Shown: positions 35,801 to 50,340, counted from the first letter of the stretch. The stretch is 64,000 nucleotides of DNA from Basidiobolus meristosporus CBS 931.73 (GCA_002104905.1 MCFE01000368.1:1-64000); one strand, 5' to 3'. The notes: generated by a model from the letters alone, not told the origin. Made by a program: numbers and translations.

Positions 35801-35840
35801 ATAAGTTATTTATATCCAAATCACTTCTTAAAATGCAACA
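32840..35840 (+). mobile_element. Copia family E with PR/IN deleted: partial 5' LTR to 33087, PBS GGTTATGAGCCCC at 33092, gag, RT-RH, PPT, 3' LTR 35472-35840
   Basis: RLDGKNYRLWRIKMQIHLEE gag start; jump from gag to post-integrase sequence at ~33600; RT/RH ORFs 34098-35184; PPT GAGGGGGAG. Confidence 0.92.
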
Positions 35841-36170
35841 GGACAGGAATTCTTCTGTCATATGGAAAGTGAGTTCTGAGTCTTCTTCAAGTTCATCCTC
35901 CATGTTACTAAGCACCATGGCCTCAATACGGTTAAAGGTTCTTGATGGCTGGTGTCCATTTCTTCTCTGAGGGCAGTACTTTGCAATATGTCCCTGCTGG
36001 TGGCAATTAAAACAAAGTTCTCTCTTCTGACATTCTTCTGAGGTAGGATTCTTCTGCATAGCATCTATTTCCATTGGCAGTGCTTCTGATTGTTTTCTTT
36101 CATAGTGATTGTAGCCTATCTGATTAGTCATTGTGGGCTTCCCAACTCCAAACATAGCTGAGTCATAGTC
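35841..36170 (-). pseudogene. Gypsy D gag fragment with zinc knuckle
   Basis: PMEID..CFNCHQQGHIAKYC. Confidence 0.88.
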
Positions 36171-37401
36171 AATAGCTAATCAGTATAAAATTGCTATCAA
36201 TCAAATCAGCTGTATTAATCAGCAGATGAATCAGCAGTTCTGTATCAGACAGAAATAGATACATCAAGTATGACCTAATTTGGTGATGATGATTCAATCA
36301 AATCTGTCATCAGACATAACCTACATTAGGAAATACAATTAGTCAATAACTGATCTGTCAAAATGTACATATGAGGCTGCTGGAGCCTCAATAATAGTCA
36401 GTTTGAGTTTTAGTGAAATCAACACTAGCTAAACTATCTTTTCATCTACAACTCTTATACCAAGACTTGTGACATTGGTAGCAGCAATAACAAGAGACAT
36501 CCCTCCTGAAGAAAGAAGCCTCCCTCAAGATGTCCAAAAGTCAAGAATGGAAGAGTACAATGGAATAAATCCTGGCCCTGCAGCAACAGTTACTCCAGAT
36601 TCTTAGCCAGCAGCAACAAGGAATGACTACCATGGCCCAAAGCCAGCAAAACCCTGTCAAGAGCAACTTTAGTGTGAACATCAACTGGTACCATGGTAGA
36701 GTCAATGAAAACCTGGGAACTTGACTCTTCCAGATTGAAGAAGCTTTCAACACTAAGGGAATTACCCCAGAAAGCAAGTTACATTATGCAGCCCCTTACC
36801 TGGCAGACTCAGCTTTACAGTGGTACCACAACAAGATCAGGTCCGCCACCATGATGGGATGCTCTACAATCTCTACCTGGGATGAGTGTGTGTTGGAAAT
36901 TCAGGATGCCTTTGAGCCCCCACACCAACAGACACTACTATGAAGAAAGTTGAAGACACTCCAACAGAAAGGAATAGACCAAGAGTACATCTATGAATAT
37001 AGATGTCTACTGGGCAAATTGAAAGAATGGACCCTCTGGATTAAGTTGAATACTTAAATTGATGGGTTGAAAGAAGGAACTTGTAAGGAAGTGAACTATC
37101 ACAGATCTCAGACTATTGAAGAAGCCATCAAGATTGCCATTGACTATGACTCAGCTATGTTTGGAGTTGGGAAGCCCATAATGACTAATCAGATAGGCTA
37201 CAATCACTATGAAAGAAAACAATCAGAAGCAGTGCCAATGGAAATAGACACTATGCAGAAGAATATTATGTCAGAAGAATACAAGAAGAATGAACTTTGC
37301 TTCAATTGCAACCAGCAGGGACATTTTGCAAAGTGCTGCTCTCAGAGAAGAAATGGACACCAGCCATCAAGAGCCTTTAACCACATTGAGGCCCTGGAGC
37401 T

Positions 37402-40400
37402 TGGTGCAATTTAAGAAGTGATTTGGATACAAGGAACTTATCAAGAAATAGTGATAATAGTTGAACTGTTGTTTACTAATAAAGAATCTCATAATTTATA
37501 CATTTGTAGAAGCAATACAGTTGTAGCACTAATAAAGGAGGGTTTCTCTATATTCAGGAGCAATCTGTAACAGTTTCAAGGTTAGTACATAATAGTTGGT
37601 ATTAGTGCTAATATGATCCTGACTATAGGGAAATCATCATAAGATCAAATATCTGAAGAAAGTGGCAAAGTTAGAGCTGTAAATTAGTCCCACAGTGACC
37701 AAGACTAGTTCAGAATTGTTAAGTAAATTCTTAGCTGCAGAATGATACCAAAGAGTCCATTATTTTGACACTCCCCCTCATCTAAATAATTTCTTGATCC
37801 TAATTCCTATCTGAGATTCTCAAATTGTGACCTAGCTAGTGATTTTGTCAATATATCTGCCACCATTTTGTTAGTTGGGCAGTACACTAACTCTACTAAG
37901 TTATTTTCTACAGCTTCCCTCACAAAGTGATGCTGTATATCAATGTTTTCAGTTCTGGCATGATTGTAGAATTTCTAGCTGATGAAATACAACTTTGATT
38001 ATGTTTGTCAATACATATTGGTTCATCTGAATTAAAACCTAAGTCTTTGAATAACTTTTGTAGCCATATAGCCTCCTTAGTTGCTTGACATGCAGCCATA
38101 TATTCTGCTTCAGTTGTAGACAGGGCCACAGTTGGTTGTTTCTTGCAATTCCAAGTAATAGCTGCACCAGCATAAAGAAATACATAGACTGTGGTAAAGT
38201 GTCTGTCAATCAGATCCCTACCCTAATCTGATTCACTAAAACCATCAAATTTTTGCCAATTAGCCGCTCCATAGGATTCCAGTACCATATTTATGGTACC
38301 ATGTAGATATCTGAAAATCTGCTTAACTGCTGCAATTTGATCTGATCCATAATTCTACATGAATTGACTGACTATTTCAACTGCCACTGCAATATCTGGT
38401 TGTGTAGACACCATCAAGTACATTAGGCTACCAACCATTGATTGATAGGGAAAGTTTTGGTCCATATTTGAGCCATTTTCATCTATAACTGGCTGAGATT
38501 TGCTTAACTTCAGGTTATTGTCCATAGCGGTAGCTGCAGCTTTGCAATTTTCCATTTTGAAGCATCTAAGAATGTCCCTGATGTACTTAGACTGATTAAG
38601 CACAATTTTCTGCGTAGGTATGTCAAATTTGACCTCAATTCCAAGAAAATAGCTCAATTTTCCAATATCTTTCATCTTGAACTTGCTGAAGAGAACTGAT
38701 TTTGTCTGTATAAGTGCCTCTTGGTCACCTGAAGCTATAATTAGGTCATCCACATAAAGTACTAGGATGATTGCACCCTTTTTTAGCTGTTTCACATATA
38801 TACTGTGATCTGCAGTGCTACAAGAGAACCCAATTACCTCTAGATATGTGTCAATCTTGTTATACCATGCTCTAGGTGCCTGCTTAAGCCCAAACAATGA
38901 TTTTCTAAGTTTGCACACCTTATGGGGTACTTTGTATTGGTAAAGCCTTCTGGTTGCTCCATATATAGTTTCTTGCAAATCCCCATTTACAAAGGCTGTT
39001 TTGACGTCCATTTAGTGTATATCTAGACTGTGTACAGCTGCCAGGGCTAGAACTGTCCTAATGGAGTTGAACTTGGCAACCGGAGCAAATGTTTTCTTAA
39101 AGTCAAGTCCCTGGATATGGGAATAGCCTTTAGCCGCCAATCTAGCCTTGTACTTATTAATGGCACCATTTGAAGTTATCTTGATCTTTTAGACCCATCT
39201 ACATCCTATGGGCTTTCTCCCATTTGGTAAATCTACCAGTTCCCACGTTTTTGCCTTGATCAGTGATTGGTACTCCTCATGCATGGCTTGTTGCCACATA
39301 GCAGCTACTGGACTTTGCATTGCCTGTTCCAGATTCTGAGGTTTGGCACATAAGGCAAGATAAGCTTCCTCATGATCATTGGATGTCTGCCACCAGGATC
39401 CAAGGACATTTCTTATTCTGGTAGATCTCCTAACTGGGATAATCTGTTCTGATCTGGAAATGGTAGAATTATCTTCCATATCTGGCTGGATTTGGTACGT
39501 ATCTTCTTCATTTGTGTTGATTGCATCATTAGGCAGCTGGCCAATGATTTCTGTGGCTTTCTGATCTGAATTCTCCTCAAATACAATGTTCCTGCTCTTG
39601 ATCAGCTTCTGAATTTTCCATCAAACACTCAATACCCTTTAGTATCTTCACAATACCCAAGAAAGATCCCTTTGCTACTCTTTGGTTCCAACTTTAAGCG
39701 TTTTTTGTCAGGGATGTGATAAAAAACATCACTGCCAAAGATCTTGAGGTGCTGGAGATCTGTTCTTTGCCTGTATATGCTTTGATGAGTGTAGAATCAC
39801 GTAGTGCTGCTATTGGGCATCTGTTCTTGATGTATACAGTGGTAGCAACCAATTCAGCCCAAAACTTGTAGTCCACTCTCTTATCATGTAGCATAGATCT
39901 TTCCATCTCTACTATTGCTCTTTTTGCACTTTCTGCTGCTCCATTTTGCTGTGGAGTATGAGGAACTGTGGTCTGTTGAAGTATACCATTAGACAAGCAG
40001 TATTTTGGAAACTCCTTTGAGCAGTATTCTCCTCCATTGTCACTTTGTAGTACCTTCAATTTACACCCAGTTTGTGTTTCTGCCATGTTCTTGAAGTACT
40101 TAGATGTCTCTAAAGCTTCATCCTTTGTTTTGAGGAAGTACACCCATGTATATCTTGTTTTGTCATCAATAAACGTCATAAAGTATCTCTTGGCTCTAAA
40201 GGACAGTGTTCTCATGGGGCCACATATATCGGAGTGTACAATAGCCAATATTTTGGTGGTATGATGCCTTCTAAGCTTGTAAAATGTTGCCTAGCTTGTT
40301 TGCCATATGAAAATCCCTTACAAACATTCAATTTGATTGGAATTGAGTATTTTAAGCCCAAAACAAGCTGATTTTTCACCAGTTGGCTCATTATCTGTTC

Positions 40401-41893
40401 CCTAATGTGTTCTAGCCTCCTATGCCACGTCTCCCAGTTGGTTTCATCAGTTTCAGCAATGTTGACATACTGAGGTAAAATGATCTTGCATTGTAACTTG
40501 AATATATTGTGATCTCTGATTCCCAAAGCTAACTTTTGTCCATTCTCACTCAATATTGAGCAGCTCATCTTAGTAAAAACAAATTTCAGTCCCTGAGCAG
40601 TTGCTTTACTGACTGAGAGTAGGTTCTTAGCTATTCCAGGTACATAGAGTACGTCAGTAAGTCTTGCTGTAGTTGCCCCTGAGCTATTGCCCATATTTAG
40701 TTGTATAGACCCACTTGCGGTAGATTCCAGAGCAGAGTTATCTCCCAGATAAGCCTTTCTTACAGGTATAGTTTTTAAGTTGCTGAGCCACTCCTCTATA
40801 CCACAAATATGCTGTGATGCTCCACAGTCAATATACCATACATTACTTTGGTTACTTGCACTCTCTTGTAAAGTTACAAATAACTGTTCATCAGTAGTTA
40901 TATGGTTTGCCTGCTCTAGTTTCTGTTTTTTGTCTGCTTGTTTCTTCTTGCAATCTCTTGCCCAGTATCCTGACTTTTCACAATAGTTGCAGCAACCAGG
41001 TTTTCATTGGTATTGTTGTTTTCCCTTCCTTTCTGAGTGCCTTTCTGTGCTGAATAAAGCATTATCTTCAATTTTCTCTGCTTGATCATTACATCTGAGT
41101 TCTTCATGGAGAAGTCTTCCTGTGACATAGTCTAAAGTGCAGTTGTCTTCTCTGCTCTCAAAAGAAAGTATGAGTGGCTCATACTTGTCTGGTAGGCTGC
41201 AAAGCAGACAGAGTATCTTTTCTTCATCATCTACACCAGCATTAATACTGTAAAGTTCTTCTGCAAGTGTCTCCATTTTGGTGATGTGTTGCAGCATGTC
41301 ATCATCTGGCTTCTTCCTCAAGTTGAAGAACTTTTGTTTCAAATAAAGCTTGCTTGATACTGACTTTGCCCTAAAGATCTTCTCTAACAATTTCCATGCT
41401 CCTTTGGTAGTATGTGAGGCATGGATTTGTCCAATGAAGGAATTTTGCACATTAATACATATGGCATTAAAGGCCTTTCTCTCCTTCTCTTGTAACTCCT
41501 CCACTTCTGCTGCTCTTCCTTTGGGCTCAACTTCTTTTCCTGTTACTGGATATATGGAACTTATCAAGAAATATTGATAATAGTTGAACTGTTGGTTATT
41601 TATAAAGAAGCTAAGTATTTATACCTTTGTAGAAGTACTACAGCTGTAGCACTAAGTAAGGAGGGTTTCCCAATATTCAGGAGCATTCTGCAACAGTTTC
41701 AAGATTAATACATAATAGTTAGTATTAGTGCTGATTTGATCCAGACTATAGGGGAATAATCATAAGATCATAGATCTGAAGAAAGTGGCAAAGTTAGAGC
41801 TGTAAATTAGTCCCACAGTGACCATGACTAGTTCAGAATTGTTAAGTAAAATTTTAGCTGCAGAATGATACTAAATAGTCCAATATTTCAACA
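37402..41893 (-). mobile_element. Copia family E, near full length (3' LTR 37402-37770, 5' LTR ~41548-41893, PBS deleted), 5-bp TSD GAGCT
   Basis: GAGCT at 37397-37401 and 41894-41898. Contains gag, CCHC, WYIDCGAS protease, integrase VHSDICGP..SDNGGEY..PQQNG and RT YVDDL. Confidence 0.95.
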
Positions 41894-44717
41894 GAGCTTA
41901 GTAACATGGAGGATGAACTTGAAAAAGACTCAGAACTCACTTTCTATATGACAGAAGAATATCTATCCCAGATGATCTCAAGCTCACAAAAGCTATTATA
42001 CTTGAATGGAGTAATCAATGGAGTACCAGCCAAGATCATGATTGACTCAGGAGCATTGCATGAATAAATGGCGGAGCAATTTGCTCTGAAAGCTGGAATC
42101 AACTCAGAACCTGCCAAATCAGCTTTAGTCTCAACAGCTGATGGGAACTCTCACCTAATCAACTGTATTAATTAGCCAGTAAGGATGATGATCCTGTGAC
42201 TATGAAGAAGCTCTACAGGCCTATATATCTGGGAAATGCAAGTTTGGCCTTGTACCTAGGAAAACCTGGCTATTTTGTTGGAATCCATCAATTAACTGGA
42301 GAATTCATGCTACTCAGATCCAGAAGGACAACAAGACTTATCAGCTACTACCTGCCAGCCTGGATTTTAACTTGGTAAATTCCAGTGTGTGTGAAACAAG
42401 CAATCTTAACAAGACACAATTCTGTAGAGAACTAAGAAAAGGCACCCCGATGTTCCTCATGGTAGTATTGCAGGAGGATTCCTCTACTCTGGTACCCCAG
42501 AAAGTCCAGACTCTTTTGAAGGAGTATTCAGACATATTTCCAGAAGTGCTTGTAAGCATACCACCTGTCAGAGATGTGGATCATGCCATTGAACCAGGAT
42601 AGAGTCCTCCAATGAGTAAGATACCTTACAGAATGAGTCCATTGGAGTTGGAAGAGATGAAAAGACAAATAGATCAGTTACTGGAGCAAGGATATATCAG
42701 ACCAAGCAAGTCACCTTGGGAGCACCTGTACTTTTTGTGAAGAAGAAGGATGGAACACTTAGGATGTGCATTGACTGCAGAGCCCTCAACTCAGTTACTG
42801 TGAAGGATAGGTACCCCATACCTCAGATTGATGAGCTTTTGGACCAACTCAATGGGGCCACTATTTTCAGCAAGATTGACCTCATGTCAGGATACAACCA
42901 AATCAGGGTGAAGCCAGAAGACATCCCCAAGACAGCATTCAGGACCAGATATGGACATTACAAGTACTTAGTCATGAGTTTTGGCTTCACCAATGCCCCT
43001 GCAACTTTCATGACCCTGATGCAGACTGTCTTCCAAGAGTACTTAGACAAGTTTGTCATAATCTACCTAGATGATATACTGATATACTGCAAGACAGAAG
43101 AGGATCACTTGGTGCACATTGAAAATGTCATGAAGAAGCTGAGAGTGTACAAGCTTTATGGCAAGCTACTCAAGTGTGAATTCTTCAAGAAACACGCTGA
43201 ATATCTGGGACACATAGAGACTAGCACAGGAGTAGCCTTAGACTCTAAGAAGGTGGAAGTTATCAAGAATTTGAAGCAGCCCCATAGCATATAAGAGCTC
43301 AGATCATTCCTTGGAATGTTCCCTATTACTGGAGATTTGTCAAGTCCTTTGCAAGTATTGCAGCCCCTTTAACTGATATCCTCAAGTAAGATAATACCTA
43401 CAAGTGGGACATTGCTTGTGAAACTGCCTCTCAGACACTCAAGAATGAACTTGCTAAGCTGCCAAGCTTAAGAATACCAGACTTCAGAAAAGAGTTCACT
43501 CTGTGCACAGATGCTTCAGATTATGCAATTGGTGGAGTGCTGAGCCAAGAACTCAAGGGAAAGGACTACCCTGTTGCCTTTGAATGCAAGAAACTGAACT
43601 CAGCAGAACAAAATTATCCAGTGCATGGGAAGGAGATGCATGCTATAATACACTGTTTGAAGACATGGAGATGCTGTATTGAAGGAGTCAAATGCACTGT
43701 AAAGACTGATCATGCCTCCCTCAAGCATATAATGACTCAGAAGGTACTCTCTAGTAGAATGACAAGATGGAGTGAATACATTCAGCTACTTGACTTGGAG
43801 ATTGTTTACTGCCCTAGAAAACACAACACGGTTGCTCACACCTTATCAAGATTAGAACAAGTTGCACAACTCAACTTGGTGCATGAATCAGATTGGCCTA
43901 GCCTATGGCCAAAGTACTTGGAGGACCAAGCCATTCCCAATGAGGTGGATGAAGATATCTAGAAGATAATTCAGGCTGAAGCCAGCAAATTTGTAGTACA
44001 GGATGAAACACTCTAACAAATTGTTAATGGAAGCCCTATTGCCTATTGCCCTAATGTTGCTCACCTGAATTTAATACATAAGCTACACAATAGATATGGA
44101 CATCTTGGAATTGAAGGAACCTATAGCCTTGTGAAAGCCAGGGCCTGTTGGCCCAGAATGAAACATGACATTGAGAAACTAGTGAAAACATGCCCACACT
44201 GTCAAATCAACCAAGGACAACCACAAAAAATTGCTGAACTCTTTCCCTTGAAGCCTGTAAGACCATTTGAAAGATTGGGAATTGACTTATTGATAGACTG
44301 CCAACTACCAGGAAATGCTACTGTTGGATCCAAGTAGCAATTGATCATGCCACTAAATGGCCAGTTGCTAAAGCTGTACCAATAGCCAGTGAACAAGAAG
44401 TTGCAAGTTTCATTTACCATGAGATCCTGATGAAGTTTGGATGCCCTGTGGAGATCGTATCTGATAGAGGAGCAAGCTTTATGGCAAAGACATTAGAGGC
44501 TTATCTGGAAATACAGCAGATTAGACACTTGAAAACCTTGGCATATCACCCTAGAACTAATGGAGTCACTGAGCGGTTTAATGAATTATTTGGAAAGATG
44601 CTGACCAAGTGTGCAAATGGAGTTGTCAGTAGATGGGATGAGTATATAGACCAAGCACTCTTTGCATGCAGAGTCAGAGTACACAACACCACCTAGCAAA
44701 TTCCATTTTACTGAGTG

Positions 44718-47700
44718 TGTTACAAGTCTTGGTATAAGAGTTGCAGAGGAATAGGGAGTTTAGCTAGTATTGTATTCACTAAAACTTGAACTGATTTTTG
44801 TTGAGGTTCCAGCAGCTCCTTATATACACTTTGCCAGATCAATTGCTGACTAATTGTACTTCCTAATGTAGGTTGTGGCTGATGACTCATTTGATTACAT
44901 CATCATCACCCAATAAGATCCTACTTAATATACCTATTTCTGTCTGATAAGGGTCTACTGACTTACTTGCTAACTAATGCTACTGATTTGATAGATAATT
45001 ATATATACTGATAACATAAACATATACTAACTGATTTGACTAAAAACTGATCTAACTTAAACATTCAAGCGGCAGATCATAACATTCTCCCCTACTAAAG
45101 TTGAGAGGGTTCTCCTGAATCTCTTCTCTTGTGATTCCAACATCTTGATGGTTCAGTATTATCAGCAAGTCTTGCAAGCTTGAGTCTGTCCCTATGCACC
45201 AAGTCTTCCCGGATATTGCCTTGTTTGTCCACCAGTTGATAAGTTGCAAATGAACATTCTCTGATGATCTTGAATGGTTCAGTCCATTGTGGCTCACACT
45301 TCTTTTGAGTGTTGTTTCATAGCAATACAAAGTTCCCAACTGTCAATGCTTCTGGTGCTATACTCTTATTAAATCTCTGCTTCATCTTTTTTGCACATTG
45401 AGATACTTTGGTCTGTGCCTCTTGACATCTTTGTTCCAGTTGCTAGTGTCTGCTTGGCTGACTGAGTTCATCTTCTAAGGTGTCTGTAAGCTTTGGTTGT
45501 GTGAGATCTCCTGGAATCCTTAGTTCACATCCATACACTAAGTAAAATGGTGATTCCTGGGTGGTGTTGTGTACTCTGACTCTGCATGCAAAGAGTGCTT
45601 GGTCTATATACTCATCCCATCTACTGACAACTCCATTTGCACACTTAGTCAGCATCTTTCCAAATAATTCATTAAACCGCTCAGTGACTCCATTAGTTCT
45701 AGGGTGATATGCCAAGGTTTTCAAGTGTCTGATCTGCTGTATTTCCAGATAAGCCTCTAATGTCTTTGCCATAAAGCTTGCTCCTCTATCAGATAAGATC
45801 TCCACAGGGCATCCAAACTTCATCAGGATCTCATGGTAAATGAAACTTGCAACTTCTTGTTCACTGGCTATTGGTACAGCTTTAGCAATTGGCCATTTAG
45901 TGGCATGATCAATTGCTACTTGGATCCAACGGTAGCATTTCCTGGTAGTTGGCAGTCTTCCAATAAAGTCAATTCCCCATCTTTTAAATGATTGTACAGG
46001 CTCCAAGAAAAAGAGTTTGGCAATTCTCTGTGATTGGCTTTGGTTGATTTGGCAATTTGGGCATGTTTACACTAGTTTCTCAATGTCTTGTTTCATTCTG
46101 GGCCACCATGCTCTGGCTTTTGCAAGACTATAGATTCCTTCAATTCCAAGATGTCCATATCCATTGTGTAGCTTATGTATTAAATTCAGGTGAGCAACAT
46201 AAGGGCAATAGGCAATAGGGCTTCTATCAACAGTTTGGTAGAGTGTTTCATCCTGTACTACAAATTTGCTGGCTTCATCATGGATTATCTTCTTGATATC
46301 TTCATCCACCTCATAAAGAATGGCTTGGTCCTCCAAGTACTTTGGTAATAGGCTAGGCCAATCTGATTCATGCACCAAGTTGAGTTGTGCAACTTGTTCT
46401 AATCTTGATAAGGCATCAGCAACCATGTTGTTTTTTCCAGGGCAGTAGACAATCTCCAGGTCAAATAGCTGAATGTATTCACTCCATCTTGTCATTCTTC
46501 TAGAGAGTACCTTCTGAGTCATTATATGCTTGAGGGAGGCATGATCAGTCTTTACAGTGCATTTGACTCCTTCAATATAGCATCTCCATGTCTTCAAACA
46601 GTGTATTATAGCCAGCATCTCCTTCTCATGCACTGGATAATTTTGTTCTGCTGAGTTCAGCTTCTTGCATTCAAAGGCAACAGGGTAGTCCTTTCCCTTG
46701 TGTTCTTGGCTCAGCACTCCACCAATTGCATAATCTGAAGCATCTGTGCACAGAGTGAACTGCTTTCTGAAGTCTGGTATTCATGAGCTTGGCAGCTTAT
46801 CAAGTTCATTCTTGAGCATATGGAAGGCAGTCTCACAAGCTATGTCCCACTTGTAGGTATTATCTTTCTTGAGAATATCAGTGAAAGTGGCTGCAATACT
46901 TGCACACAACTTGACAAATCTCTGATAATAGGAAACCATTCCAGGGAATGATCTGAGCTCTGATATGCCATGGGGCTGCTTCAGATTCTTGATTACCTCC
47001 ACCTTCTTGAGGTCTAAGGTTACTCCTGTGCAAGTCACTATGTGTCCCAGATATTCAACATGTTCCTTGAAGAATTTACACTTGAGTAGCTTGCCATAAA
47101 GCTTGTTCTCTCTTAGCTTCTTCAAGACCTTTTCAATGTGCACCAAGTGATCCTCTTCTGTCTTGCAGTATATCAGTATATCATCTAGGTAGATTATGAC
47201 AAACTTGTCTAAGTACTCCTGGGAGACAGTCTGTATCAGGGTCATGAAAGTTGCAGGGGCATTGGTGAGGCCAAAACTCATGACCAAGTACTTGTAATGT
47301 CCATATCTGGTCCTGAATGCTGTCTTAGGGATGTCTTCTGGCTTCACCCTAATTTGGTTGTATCCTGACATGAGGTCAATCTGGCTGAAAATAGTGGCTC
47401 CATTAAGTTGGTACAAAAGCTCATCAATCCAATGTATGGGGTATTTATTCTTGACTGTAACTGAGTTCAGGGCTCTGTAGTCAATGCACATCCTAAGTGT
47501 TCCATCCTTCTTTTTCACAAAAAGCACTGGTGCTCCCCAAGGTGACTTGCTGGGTCTGATCTATCCTTGCTCCAATAGCTGATCAATTTGTCTCTTCATT
47601 TCCCCCAATTCCAATGGACTCATTCTGTAAGGTGTCTTGCTCACTGGAAGGCTATCTCCTGTGTCAATGGCATGATCCACATCTCTGACTGGTGGTAAGC

Positions 47701-49683
47701 TTACAAGCTCATCTGGAAACATGTCTGAATATTTCTTCAAGAGAGTCTGGACCTGCTGAGATGCTGGGGTAGCAGAATCCTCCTGTAATACTGCCATGAG
47801 GAACATCTAGGTACCTTTTCTAAGTGCTCTACAGAACTGGGTCTTGCTAAGTTCACTTGTCTCACACATACTGGAATTGACCAAGTTGAAATCCAGCCAG
47901 GCAGGTAATAGCTCATAGGCCTTATTGTCATTTTGAATCTGAGTAGCATGTGCTCTCCAGTTGATTGATGGATTACGGCAAAATAGCCAGGTTTTTCCAA
48001 GTACAAGGTCAAACTTGCAGTTCCCAAATATATAAGCCTGTAGGTCTTCTTCATAGTCATTGATCTTCATTCTTACTGGCTAAGTAATACAGTTGATTAT
48101 GTGAGAGCTCCCATCCGCTGTTGAGACTGAAGTTGATTTGTTAGGTTCCAAGTTGATTCCAGCTTTCAGAGCAAATTGCTCTGACATGTACTCATGCAAT
48201 GCTCCTGAGTCATTCATGATCTTGGCAGGTACTCCATTGATTACTCCATTCAAGTATAATAGCTTTCCTGAGTTTGAGGTCATCTGGGATAGGTATTCTT
48301 CTGTCATGTGGAAGGTGAGTTCTGAGTCTTCTCCAAGTTCATCCTCCATGTTACTATGCTCCATGGCCTCAATATGGCTAAAGGTTCTTGATGGCTGGTG
48401 TTCATTTCTTCTCTGAGGGCAGTGCTTTGCAGTATGTCCTTGCTGGTGGCAATTGAAGCAAAGTCCTTTCTTCTTACATTCTTCTGAGGTAGGATTCTTC
48501 TGCAGAGCATCTATTTCCATTGGTACTGCTTCTGACTGTCTTCTTTCATAATGAATGTAGCCTTTCTGATTAGTGACTGTAGGCTTCCCAACTCCAAACA
48601 TAGCTGAGTCATAGCTAATGGCAATCTTGATGGCTTCTTTAATAGTCTGAGGTCTTTGATAATTCACTTTCTTGCAAGTTCTTTCTTTCAACCCATCAAT
48701 AAAGTATTCATCTTGATCCAGGGGTCCATTCTTTCAATTTGTCCAAGTAGACTTCTGTACTTATAGATGTATTCTTGAACCATTCCTTTCTGTCTGTGTG
48801 CCTTTAACTTCCTTCTTAGTAGTGTCTGCTGGTGTGGAGGTTCTAAAGCATCCTGACTTTCTAACAGAAACTCATCCCAGGTAGAGATTGTAGAGCATCC
48901 CATCATAGTGGCTGACCTGATCTTGTTGTGATACCACTGTAAAGCTGTATCTGCCAGGTAAGAAGCTGCATAATGCAACTTGCTTTCTGGAGCAATTCCT
49001 TTAGCTTTAAAAGCTTCTTCAATCTGAAAGAGCCAAGTTCCCAGGTTTTCATTGACTCTGCCATGGTACCAGTTGACCTTTACACTAAAGTTACTCTTGA
49101 CAGGGCTTTGCTGGCTCTGAGCCATGGTAGTCATTCCTTGTTGTTGTTGGCTGAGGATCTGGAGTAACTGTTGCTGTTGGCTGAGGATCTGGAGTAACTG
49201 TTGCTGTTGGGCCAGGATTTGCTGCATGGCATTCTTCCATTCTTGATTGTCTGACATCTTGAGGGTGGTTTCTTCCTTCTTCAGGAGGGAGGTTTCTGGT
49301 TATTGCTGCTACCAATGTTACAAGTCTTGGTATGAGAGTTGTAGAGGAATAGGGAGTTTAGCTAGTATTGTATTCACTAAAACTTGAACTGATTTTTATT
49401 GAGGTTCCAGCAGCTCCTTATATACATTTTGCCAGTTCAATTGCTGACTAATTGTATTTCCTAATGTAGGTTGTGGCTGATGACTCATCTGATTGCATCA
49501 TCATCACCCAATAAGATCTTACTTAATATATCTATTTCTGTCTGATAAGGATCTGCTAATTCATTTGCTGACTAATGCTGCTGATTTGATAGATTATACC
49601 AATATACTGATAACCTAAACATATACTAATTGATTTGACTAAAAACTGATCTAACTTAAACATTCAAGCAGCAGCTCATAACC
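44718..49683 (-). mobile_element. Gypsy family D, full length and the least decayed element here (LTRs 44718-45084 and 49316-49683), TSD AGTG
   Basis: Paired ~367-bp LTRs differing mostly by transitions; PBS at 49303-49315, PPT at 45085-45100. gag with CCHC is in frame with the DSG protease; RT 46781-47527, RH 46067-46717, IN 45443-46006. Confidence 0.96.
49141..49210. repeat. 30-bp tandem duplication in gag (QQQLLQILSQ x2)
   Basis: Period-30 repeat; the sister copy at ~36575-36615 has one unit. Confidence 0.85.
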
Positions 49684-50340
49684 AGTGTATGGATGTGAAC
49701 CAAGGATTCCAGGATATCTCACACAACCAAAGCTTACAGACACCTTAGAAGATGAGCTCAGTCAGCCAAGTAGACACCAGCAACTGGAACAAAGATGTCA
49801 AGAGGCACAGACCAAAGTATCCCAAAGTGCAGAAAAGATGAAGCAGAGATATGATAAGACTATAGCACCAGAAGCATTGACAGTTAGGACCCTTGTGTTG
49901 CTAAGAAACAACACTCAAAAGAAGTGTGAGCCGCAATGGACAGGGCCATTCAAGATCATCAGACAATGCTCATTTTCAGCTTAGCAACTAGTAACAAACA
50001 AGGCAATATCTGGGAAGACTTAGTGCATAGGGACAGACTGAAGCTTGCAAGACTTGCTGATAATACTGAACCATCAAGATATTGGTATCACAAGAAAAGA
50101 GATTCAGGAGAACCCTCTCAACTTTAGTGGGGGAGAATGTTATGATCTGCTGCTTGAATGTTTAAGTCAGATCAGTTCTTAGTCAAATCCACTAGTTTTG
50201 TGTTTAGGTTATCAGTATATCAGTATTATCTATCAAATCAGTAGCATTAGTCAGCAAATGAGTCAGCAGATCCTTATCAGACAGAAATAGATGTATTTAG
50301 TAGAATCTTATTAGGTGATGATGATGCAATCAAATGAGTG

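Larger units (their letters stand above)
36175..50340 (+). mobile_element. Gypsy family D host element (partial 5' LTR to 36474, PBS TGGTAGCAGC, gag-PR-RT-RH-IN, PPT, truncated 3' LTR from 50138) carrying two nested insertions
   Basis: Coding pieces 36550-37401, 41894-44717 and 49684-50127 join seamlessly. Motifs YLDD, TDAS and GPF integrase tail; no chromodomain; PPT AGTGGGGGAGAA. Confidence 0.92.

Noticed and set aside
48680-48740. Programmed gag frameshift in gypsy D
   Set aside because: The two copies (here and ~37030-37070) have different indels around MDPLDQVEYFIDGL, so this is decay. gag and protease are otherwise in one frame.
49930-50137. Chromodomain at the gypsy integrase C-terminus
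   Set aside because: After GPF..VHRDRLK only ~25 residues precede the PPT, and no chromodomain motif is visible.
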